The translations under genes were made by a program, and so were the position numbers. Shown here in pieces: positions 44,165 through 52,612 of a DNA stretch of 64,000 bases; position 1 is the first letter of the stretch; the number at the start of each line of letters is the position of its first letter. The DNA lies in the IMG/VR virus record IMGVR_UViG_3300021963_000115, positions 3,487-67,486 of that record; one strand, 5' to 3'. This DNA comes from a virus. Below the pieces are notes generated by a model. That model did no database searches. It had not been told where the DNA came from and saw nothing but the letters and a program-made list of their open reading frames with translations.

Positions 44165-46245
44165 GCGGTGGCGGCGGCAGTGGGACATCCACACAAATTC
44201 AAGACGTACCAGAGTGGGCACGGGGCTACGCTAAGAAAGCGTTAGGAACCGCTGAACAATTAACAGACATTGACAAAAACCCGTATCAATCATACACGGG
44301 TGAACGTGTTGCGCAGTTTACACCTCTACAACAACAGTCTTATCAAGGCGCTGCAAACATGCAGGCTGGGCCGGGGGCGTTCCAATCCCAAGTTGGGCAG
44401 TACATGTCGCCCTACATGCAAAATGTAGTGGATGTACAAAAGCGAGAGGCCGCACGATCATCCCAAATGGGAGGTTTGAGCGATCAAGCCATGATGACAA
44501 AAGCCGGTGCTTTTGGTGGTGGCCGCGATGCCATCATGCGTGCGGAACGCGCACGTAACCTCGGCACACAGATGGGTGACATTCAGGCCCAAGGACTACA
44601 GTCTGCTTACACCAATGCTACTAACCAGTACAACACTGGTCAACAGCAGAACATGGCGATCAACCAGTTGCAAAACCAGTTTGGTGGTCAACAGCAACAA
44701 CAAGTGCAAAACATTCTTGGTCAGCGATACCAAGATTTTCTTTCGCAAAAGCAGTATCCATATCAGCAGTTGGAGTTTATGTCCGGCCTGATGCGCGGCA
44801 CTCCTATGGGTACTGTGTCTTCAATGTATCAAGCCCCCGGTAGCATGTTGGGTCAGGTTGCGGGTCTCGGCATGGGTGCATACGGCCTGTCTCAAATGGG
44901 TATGAAGTTTGCGGGTGGTGGTAGTGTTGACGCCCCCGAAAATGTTGCGTCTATCGTAGATGGACTATCTGATGCGCAGTTGGAGCAAGCAGAACAAGCC
45001 GCGAAAGCCCGTGGTGATATTGAACAATTAAAAGCCATTCAATCTGAAAAAGCCATGCGTGCGTCTGAGCGCGGTGGTATGGCGGGTGCGTTCAATAGTC
45101 TCCCATATACACGCCAAGAGCAGATGATGGCGGGTGGTGGCATGGCTGTCGCTTTTAAAAAAGGTGGTGATGAAGGCGAGGAAACGTACTTCCAAGACCC
45201 TATGGGCACCCCCTCCGCGGCGCAAGGGCGTAAATTAAGTGTGTCAGACTTTTTGCCTGACTTGCGTCAAAATGTTAATGAGGGTGAGTCATACTCGCCC
45301 GGCCTACGTGGGATGTTGTTTGGGTACAATGTAAAAAAGCCCGAACCCAAAAAAGAAGAATCTAAGGCAGACCCCTACAAGGATATACCGCCTACACGCA
45401 GGGCAGACTTCGAAGACAAAACCAAAACGCAAATTAGCCCCACTGTTAAGCGTGGACTGTCTGAGCTTGCAAATAAAACTGGGTACTCTGCGGATTCTTT
45501 AATGGATCAGTTTAAATCCATGAACAGCTTTCTTAAGGAGCAAAGCAAGGGAGACATAGACGCCCTAAAAGCCATGGTTGACCAAAGCGCAGGCGACTCT
45601 AAAGAAGTTAAAGAACAGATGCTTGGTAAAGCACTGGCTCAATATGGTTTTCAATGGGCGGCTAATGCGGCTAAACCCGGCGCTCGTTTAGTTGGTAGTG
45701 CGGCTGAAGCGTCACCTGTCATTGCTCAATCTGTAGCCGAAAGTCAAAAACTAGAGCGCGACATGAAGCAGAATCAGCTCAAGCTCAATATGACTTTGCA
45801 ACAATTCCGTATTGCACAGAATAAGGGTGATGAGCGCACTGCGTTGATGTGGGCGCAACAAGCGCGTCAATTAGAACAGTCCCAACAAATGCTTGCCCTC
45901 AAACAGCAGGAACTTGGCATACAAGGGCAGGCGTTGGGGATGAAGCAAAATCAGTTCAATGCAATGTTGGGCGCTAAGATGGCGTCAGCCGCCGCACAGA
46001 ACAAACAAGCTCAAGCACGTATGGCTAAAGTTGGTGCGGATGCCGCGTTCAAATACGATGAAACAAACCGCCGTGCTAAAGATAAACTGATCGAAATCCA
46101 TGGTCCTGTTGCGGGTGAGGCTCTGTACAGACAGGGCCGTAAGAATTATATTAACGAGGCAATGCAATCCACTGCTGACTCTATGTCGGATACTCAAAGC
46201 AGTGGTGGTAGCGCCCGTAATGTATTTGATCTGTTGGAAGACTAA
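44161..46245 (+). CDS. ejection / DNA pilot protein
   Basis: MSGGGGSG start, YMSPY...V, GAFGG.R, Q-rich coils. Confidence 0.75.
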   Translation: MSGGGGSGTSTQIQDVPEWARGYAKKALGTAEQLTDIDKNPYQSYTGERVAQFTPLQQQSYQGAANMQAGPGAFQSQVGQYMSPYMQNVVDVQKREAARSSQMGGLSDQAMMTKAGAFGGGRDAIMRAERARNLGTQMGDIQAQGLQSAYTNATNQYNTGQQQNMAINQLQNQFGGQQQQQVQNILGQRYQDFLSQKQYPYQQLEFMSGLMRGTPMGTVSSMYQAPGSMLGQVAGLGMGAYGLSQMGMKFAGGGSVDAPENVASIVDGLSDAQLEQAEQAAKARGDIEQLKAIQSEKAMRASERGGMAGAFNSLPYTRQEQMMAGGGMAVAFKKGGDEGEETYFQDPMGTPSAAQGRKLSVSDFLPDLRQNVNEGESYSPGLRGMLFGYNVKKPEPKKEESKADPYKDIPPTRRADFEDKTKTQISPTVKRGLSELANKTGYSADSLMDQFKSMNSFLKEQSKGDIDALKAMVDQSAGDSKEVKEQMLGKALAQYGFQWAANAAKPGARLVGSAAEASPVIAQSVAESQKLERDMKQNQLKLNMTLQQFRIAQNKGDERTALMWAQQARQLEQSQQMLALKQQELGIQGQALGMKQNQFNAMLGAKMASAAAQNKQAQARMAKVGADAAFKYDETNRRAKDKLIEIHGPVAGEALYRQGRKNYINEAMQSTADSMSDTQSSGGSARNVFDLLED

Positions 46246-46247
46246 AC

Positions 46248-49200
46248 ATGATTATCAACCTGCCTAAACTTGGAGACGTAGAGTTTCCAGATAACGTCAC
46301 GCCTGAACAGCTGAATGGATTATTGGGCAGGTTGGCTGATAAATACGACTTCACCCTGCCAAAACCAGAGGCAAGTTTAGGCACGATTGCAAAGCGCGGG
46401 TTCATGCGCTCACTGGGAGAAACAGGTATCGCTCTGGGCGATCTGGCTCCCGCAATGCTCAACCAGTTTATCGGTGGTGATAAAGCGTACACCGAGCGCC
46501 AGATGGGTGAAGCGCAGAAGACCCGTGAAGAACTCCAACAGAAATATCCCACACGTTTTCGTTCGTATAAAAATATTGACAGCCCATTCCAAGCCATTGA
46601 GTACGGCGCAGAGACGCTAGGTGAGTTACTGCCCAGTGCCGCTACTACCATAATCCCCGGCGCAGGTGCGGGAATAATCGGTGGCAGAATGGCGGCACGC
46701 AGTGCAATGGGAGCGGCCTTGGAAGCAGGCCCACTATCCCGTGCGGGAATGATGGCGGCAGAGACTGCCGCTAAACAAGCTGGTCAAGTTGCAGGTCGCC
46801 GTGCGATGTACGCTGGCAGTTATCTGGGTTCGTTTGCGCAAAACGCACCCGAAGTCTTTGAGAGTATTTACCAAGAAACTGGCAAGTTTGAGCCGGGAAT
46901 TGCCGCCCTTGCAGGGGGTATCAGTTCTGTGTTGGACTCTATTGTTCCAACTAAAGTCATGGATCAGCTTGGCACATACGGCAAGCTAAAGCTCGTTGAA
47001 AAGTTGGCTAAAGAATCGGGTGCGGCCCCCAATGTGTGGAAACGTATTGGCGTTGATGCCGCTAAGACTGCGGCTACTGAAGGTTTGACTGAATCCGCGC
47101 AAGAGTCAATTAGTGCGTATGCAGAACAAGTTGCGGGCAGTGCCAAGGATGTACTAGACCCTGAGAATATCCAACGATACAAAGAAGCGTTTGTTAAAGG
47201 TGCTGTTGGCGGTGCAGGTTTTGCCGTGCCCCAAGCTGTATCTCAATACCGCACAATCAAACGTGACCAGTTCACAACCAAAGAAGCACAAGATGCGTTG
47301 GCTCAACAAGAACAGCTTGCGCAACAGCAAGCACAACAGCCAACAGCTATGCAACAGCAGGTTATGGGCGCTGTGCAGCCACAGCCCGGTGTTCCTCGCA
47401 CGCAGGAAGAACTTGAGCAAGCCTTTAGATACACGCAAGAAGAATTAGGCATCCTACAAAAACGTATGGATGCGGCTCGCCCCGGCTCACAGGCGTATGC
47501 CGAACTCGATTCCGCTATCAAAGCCAAACAAACTGAAGCTGACAAGATCAGCCAAGAGAAGGCTAAAGCAAGTGCGTTTGGTGCCGCCACACCAAACGAG
47601 CAGGGTCTATACACCGCACAGCAACCAGTTGATGCTGTCACTATTAAATCATTAGGGGTTAACCCTACATCCAAAGCCGCCCAATCTTTGCTGGGGCTTA
47701 ACTTAAACACGCCTGAAGGTGTTGCTACATTAGTACAGACACTTGAAGACCCCGGTTTTAGGGGTAATGTTAATGAAGCCGCTTACAACACCCTTATTTC
47801 TACACTTGACCCCACCGCAGTTGCGGAGGCTAGAAAAAGCTTCACAGGAGCGCCCAATGTTGCAAGACCTAACGCCCCAACAGGTGGAACGAGCACTAGA
47901 GTGGTTAGCCAGCCCAGTGGTGGACAGCCCGCCGCAGGAGCTACTACATCTCAACCAGATGGAGTGGTTTCTACTGGACAGAATGTTGACCAGTCTGCTG
48001 GAAGAGAAGGACAGTCAGCCGCTCCAGTAGAGGGTGAACTCGACCCACTATTTAAATATGCGGTGTCTTTGATCCAGACTGGTACTGAGCCTACACCCAA
48101 CGCCCTTGCAAAAGAACTTGGCGTTGACCAAGAACGTGCTTTAGAGATTTTGGCGTACATGGAATCTGAGGGCATGTTTGATGAGATTGCCAAACAACAG
48201 GCAATCGAACAAGGTAACGCAGTTGACGCAGGTAAGCGTAAACCGCCAGCCAAGCAACCGCCCGTAGGTACAGTCAAAACAATTAACATACCGCAAGAAG
48301 TTGTAGAGACCGAAGATCAAAAGGCAGCCACATCTGACAAAGAAAAGGTCTACCGTCTTGCTGATATAAAGAAGCCTACCAAACAGGAAAAAGCCGCCCG
48401 TGCATATTTCGGGCGTATGGAGTTTGGTTTGGCGCTTCGCTCTATTGCCAACGACTTGGCGCTTCAGCCTAGCCCATACCGCAATTCAAAGATGAAGACC
48501 TTTGAAGCGCACCCTGAAGGTCCTGAAGCATATTTTGCATCTGAAGACGAAGCTCAAATGCACCTTGGGCAGGGCGGTGTACATGCGCGTGATGCGTCTG
48601 ACTGGGTACGTAACAACCTGTCGGCAAAGAACGTTGCCTACATGGACAAAGAAGCCAAAAACTGGGCTTCAAGAAACGTTACGGCTTCACGGTTCTTAAA
48701 GAAATTAGACAAACAACAAAAGCAAAAAGCTAACGTAAAGACGCAAGTTAAAGAAGAAGCACAAGCCGCTAAAGAAGCAGGTGAGTACGCTCCCACTTTG
48801 GAAGAATTGGCAGAATCCAAATCCACGGATACTTTGGCTAAGAAACGCAAGAGAGAATTGGAAAGCCTTGCGCGGGAGTTGGAGAACGATGTCTATGGTG
48901 GGATGGACTTAGAAGCATCTCAAGATATTGCCGCTTTGTTTGTAGAAGCACACCCCGTCGTGCTTGACCTTCTGCGACGTGGGCATCTTAACCTTGCGCT
49001 GCGCTCGTTGTCTGAAACCGCTTCGTCTGAATTTGTTGGTAAGACAGCTGGAGCTTTGGCTAAGATTACAGGCAACACCAAACTTGTGTATGGTGCGGCT
49101 AAGTCTAAGTTTGATCCCACGACCAATACCGTCTACTTGCGTGAAGATGCAACCGACTACGAAATCCTGCACGAAATGTCTCATGCGGGTCTGTCGCATA

Positions 49201-52200
49201 CCATCTCCAACCCATCGCATCCAGTTACAAAACAACTGAACCAAATTTTTACGCAAATCAAAAATGATATTGACGGCGCGTATGGTGCGAAGAACTTACA
49301 GGAATTTGTTGCAGAGGCTTGGAGTAACGAAGACTTCCGGGGCCACCTGAAAGAGAAGTACGCCCCCGGAAACAAAATGTCCGTATGGGACAAGATCATG
49401 AACGTCCTACGTCGCATGATTGGCTACCCTCCCAAGGCGCAAGAGTCTGTGCTTGATAACATAGACCGCATGCTAAACCAAATCGCAAGTCCTGCGCCTG
49501 ATGTACGCAAGGGTGATTCACTGTATGCACAGGCTATTCATAGCCCCAACATGGCTCAAAAAGTTATGGGGAGAGTAGACGACATAATCCAGCAGCAGCA
49601 GGTTATGACACCTGAGCGTGCCGCTGAGTGGGTGGGTAAAGCCGAGAACATGGGCATCAGTTTCCGCGCCACCCTGCAGAGATTCTTAAACCTCTCAGCG
49701 TTGGGACAAGTTGGTAGTAAGTACCTTGGGCGTGATGCAATTACGTTTTCTGATAAGGTTAACGAGATGGCAGGTTACTACGAGAACTTGATGAATAAAC
49801 TCAAGCCTCTGGTTGACCGTGAAGAAGCCTTTGCAAAAACTGACCGCTATCAGTTTTGGTCAACTCTTGTAAACGACTCCACCGTTGAGGATGTGAACCC
49901 TGCCGCACCACGTAAAAACTACGAAGGTTCTCCAGAGAAGCTGGCCGCATGGGATCAGTTGTTCAAGCGCTACAACACGTTGACGGATACAGAGAAGAAG
50001 CTGTACAACGACCACTTTGGTGCGTTCAAAGAAATGTTCAAAGAACTGAAAGCTTCTATTAGAGGCAGTTTGAACCAGACTTTCCGCAATGAAGATGGCT
50101 CGCCCGACAATGATCGCATCTCGTCTGCCTATGAGAAGATCATGGACAAGATCACTAAGATGGGTATTGATCATTACTCGCCCCTGTACCGTCATGGTAG
50201 CTTTTGGTTAGTCTACACAGACAAAAATACCAATCAGTCCGTATCAAAACTGTTTGAAAGCCAAGCAGAGCGAAGACTCGAGCGTGAGAAGTTGGAAGCC
50301 GAGGGACATACTGGCTTTGATGAACCCGTGCGTATGGATCAGATGAAATCCAAATCTGTTCCACGTGGAACAGTTGCCGCAGATATTGTGAAGATTATGA
50401 AAGACGGTAACGCGGATGAAAAGGCTATTGATGCCTTTTACCAACTTATTGTCAGCGCACTGCCAGAGACCAGCGTGCTCAAGTCATTCCAAAAACGTAA
50501 GAACACCCCCGGTTATATTGATGATGCGGCATTGGCGTTTACCAACGTCACGAGCAACATGGCGCGTCAGTTGTCCCGCATGAAATACAACGAGGAACTC
50601 AAAGGCTTGGTTGATAAGATGCGTGCAACTGTGGCAGAGAGCCGTGGTAAAAACGCATTGCGCGGCTCAGACATTGTGAAAGAACTTGAAGCGCGTCATG
50701 AGTTTGCAATGAACCCCACCCTGTCCGACATATCGCGCTATGCGAGTGCAGGGGCGTTCTACTTTAACTTGGCGGGTAACGTCTCATCTGCCGTAGTTAA
50801 CTTAGTACAAACCCCAATGGCGACTTACCCCCAACTTGGTGGTGTGTATGGCTACTTAGAGGCAGGTAGAGCATTGATTGCGGCTACTAAACTGTATGGA
50901 TCATCAGGGTTAACCCGTGTAGTCACTGACATTAACGGTCAGCAGTCCACAGAAAAAGCCATGCTGTCTATTGAGAACCTTGTCAATGCAGGCAAAGCCC
51001 CGCAGTACAAAGCGCTTGTACAGCGTTTGAATGAACTGGGCTTCTTGCAAAACACAACAATGCGTGAGGCACTGGAAGCAAGTAACCGCGGAGAGATCAA
51101 CAAGGGTAAATCCTCAGACTTGATGAACAAGGTTACTCAAACTTCTACGTTCTTGTTCCACCATGCCGAGCGTGCTAACCGTGAAGTTTCTGCGATTGCC
51201 ACGTACGACTTGGAGATGCAGAAGCTGAAGAACAACAAGCAGATGAACGACGAGCAGAAGCAAGCGCAGGCAATTGAAAAAGCAGTGCGCATGTTGGAGT
51301 TCTCGCACGGTGCAAGCCACACAGAATCCGCCCCCAGTATTGGTCACAGCGACATTGGTAAGATTTTGACCGTGTTTAAGCGTTTCGGCTTCACCATGTA
51401 CTACATGTTGTTTGACACCATACGCAGATCACTCCCAATAGCAGGTGCCACTGGTAAAGAACTTGAGGGTATTAAAGCCGCACGTCGCCAGTTGGTCGGT
51501 ACATATGGCATGGCAGGAATCTTTGCAGGTGCAAAGGGTTTACCCTTGTACTGGGTTGCTGAGTTGGCGTACAACGCATTGAACGATGATGACGAAGATG
51601 ACTTCGATGCTGTCATGCGTAAGTATCTTGGTGAGCTTGTGTACAAAGGTCCGGTCAACTACTTCACCAACTTGGGCATTGCTGATCGTGTGGGTTGGAC
51701 TGATCTGATTTACCGTGAAAACAAAGGCGACAAAGCCGATGCGAGTGCTTTGAGCCAATTTGTAGAAAGCGTATTGGGTGCGCCATACTCTGTGGTTAAC
51801 AGTTTGTATCGTGCAAAAGAGTTGGCGTCTGAAGGACATACAGAACGCGCTATCGAGGCGGCACTGCCTATTGGCCTGCGCAACATCCTCAAAGGTAGAC
51901 GCTACTACTTTGAAGGTGCAAACACATTACGTGGTGACCCAGTGATGGGTGAAATCAACGGATACAACGCGGCTATGCAAGTGATGGGATTTGCTCCTGC
52001 TGACTTGATGGCGCAGTACGAAGAAAACGCATACGCCAAACAAAAGGGCGACACCATTAGCGGCATGGAGAAGAAGTACCTTAAACAGTATTACATCGCC
52101 GAGCGCATGGGGGACTATGAACGTGCTGATGAGTTGCGTCAGAAGTTGTATGACTTGGGCGACAAGTACCCTGAGTTAAAAATTACTGAATCCACGATTA

Positions 52201-52313
52201 CTAAGTCTGTTAAGAATCGTGACCGCATCTCAGAAGACATGCGCCACGGTGTGCAGTTGAACAAGAAACTGCGTCCATTGCTTGAACGCGATATTGCAGA
52301 ACTGCGTGATTAA
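46248..52313 (+). CDS. large ejection / polyvalent protein with zincin metallopeptidase motif
   Basis: 2021 aa; ILHEMSH plus downstream EFVAEA. Confidence 0.8.
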   Translation: MIINLPKLGDVEFPDNVTPEQLNGLLGRLADKYDFTLPKPEASLGTIAKRGFMRSLGETGIALGDLAPAMLNQFIGGDKAYTERQMGEAQKTREELQQKYPTRFRSYKNIDSPFQAIEYGAETLGELLPSAATTIIPGAGAGIIGGRMAARSAMGAALEAGPLSRAGMMAAETAAKQAGQVAGRRAMYAGSYLGSFAQNAPEVFESIYQETGKFEPGIAALAGGISSVLDSIVPTKVMDQLGTYGKLKLVEKLAKESGAAPNVWKRIGVDAAKTAATEGLTESAQESISAYAEQVAGSAKDVLDPENIQRYKEAFVKGAVGGAGFAVPQAVSQYRTIKRDQFTTKEAQDALAQQEQLAQQQAQQPTAMQQQVMGAVQPQPGVPRTQEELEQAFRYTQEELGILQKRMDAARPGSQAYAELDSAIKAKQTEADKISQEKAKASAFGAATPNEQGLYTAQQPVDAVTIKSLGVNPTSKAAQSLLGLNLNTPEGVATLVQTLEDPGFRGNVNEAAYNTLISTLDPTAVAEARKSFTGAPNVARPNAPTGGTSTRVVSQPSGGQPAAGATTSQPDGVVSTGQNVDQSAGREGQSAAPVEGELDPLFKYAVSLIQTGTEPTPNALAKELGVDQERALEILAYMESEGMFDEIAKQQAIEQGNAVDAGKRKPPAKQPPVGTVKTINIPQEVVETEDQKAATSDKEKVYRLADIKKPTKQEKAARAYFGRMEFGLALRSIANDLALQPSPYRNSKMKTFEAHPEGPEAYFASEDEAQMHLGQGGVHARDASDWVRNNLSAKNVAYMDKEAKNWASRNVTASRFLKKLDKQQKQKANVKTQVKEEAQAAKEAGEYAPTLEELAESKSTDTLAKKRKRELESLARELENDVYGGMDLEASQDIAALFVEAHPVVLDLLRRGHLNLALRSLSETASSEFVGKTAGALAKITGNTKLVYGAAKSKFDPTTNTVYLREDATDYEILHEMSHAGLSHTISNPSHPVTKQLNQIFTQIKNDIDGAYGAKNLQEFVAEAWSNEDFRGHLKEKYAPGNKMSVWDKIMNVLRRMIGYPPKAQESVLDNIDRMLNQIASPAPDVRKGDSLYAQAIHSPNMAQKVMGRVDDIIQQQQVMTPERAAEWVGKAENMGISFRATLQRFLNLSALGQVGSKYLGRDAITFSDKVNEMAGYYENLMNKLKPLVDREEAFAKTDRYQFWSTLVNDSTVEDVNPAAPRKNYEGSPEKLAAWDQLFKRYNTLTDTEKKLYNDHFGAFKEMFKELKASIRGSLNQTFRNEDGSPDNDRISSAYEKIMDKITKMGIDHYSPLYRHGSFWLVYTDKNTNQSVSKLFESQAERRLEREKLEAEGHTGFDEPVRMDQMKSKSVPRGTVAADIVKIMKDGNADEKAIDAFYQLIVSALPETSVLKSFQKRKNTPGYIDDAALAFTNVTSNMARQLSRMKYNEELKGLVDKMRATVAESRGKNALRGSDIVKELEARHEFAMNPTLSDISRYASAGAFYFNLAGNVSSAVVNLVQTPMATYPQLGGVYGYLEAGRALIAATKLYGSSGLTRVVTDINGQQSTEKAMLSIENLVNAGKAPQYKALVQRLNELGFLQNTTMREALEASNRGEINKGKSSDLMNKVTQTSTFLFHHAERANREVSAIATYDLEMQKLKNNKQMNDEQKQAQAIEKAVRMLEFSHGASHTESAPSIGHSDIGKILTVFKRFGFTMYYMLFDTIRRSLPIAGATGKELEGIKAARRQLVGTYGMAGIFAGAKGLPLYWVAELAYNALNDDDEDDFDAVMRKYLGELVYKGPVNYFTNLGIADRVGWTDLIYRENKGDKADASALSQFVESVLGAPYSVVNSLYRAKELASEGHTERAIEAALPIGLRNILKGRRYYFEGANTLRGDPVMGEINGYNAAMQVMGFAPADLMAQYEENAYAKQKGDTISGMEKKYLKQYYIAERMGDYERADELRQKLYDLGDKYPELKITESTITKSVKNRDRISEDMRHGVQLNKKLRPLLERDIAELRD

Positions 52314-52316
52314 ATG

Positions 52317-52345
52317 AAAAAACCCCCCGGTTTTTAGCCGGGGGG
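52317..52345 (-). terminator. intrinsic terminator at the convergence of late and replication operons
   Basis: CCCCCCGG/CCGGGGGG stem with an A6 tract on the left (U tail on minus strand). Confidence 0.75.
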
Positions 52346-52411
52346 AAAGATCAGGAGATCAGCAACTGGAAGGAGAGGAGATCAAGTTGCTAGGCGAACT
52401 CTATCACATGA

Positions 52412-52612
52412 TCATCCAATGCGCCAGACTCTCACACCCTGTGTGCCGTTCTCCAAACAAAAGCGCGACTTGACAGTCATATTGCGCTCTCGTGCTTCCC
52501 GTTTTATATCCGCTACCAACTTATCAGGGTCAAGTGTTGGAATATAAAACGAACTACCAATTATAAACTTGTGCCATTCAATAATAACTGGCAAGCCACT
52601 ATTCAATATCAT
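52412..52612 (-). CDS. hypothetical protein
   Basis: W..F.IG.SF.IP ... G.RVWR. Confidence 0.65.
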   Translation of the reverse strand: MILNSGLPVIIEWHKFIIGSSFYIPTLDPDKLVADIKREARERNMTVKSRFCLENGTQGVRVWRIG

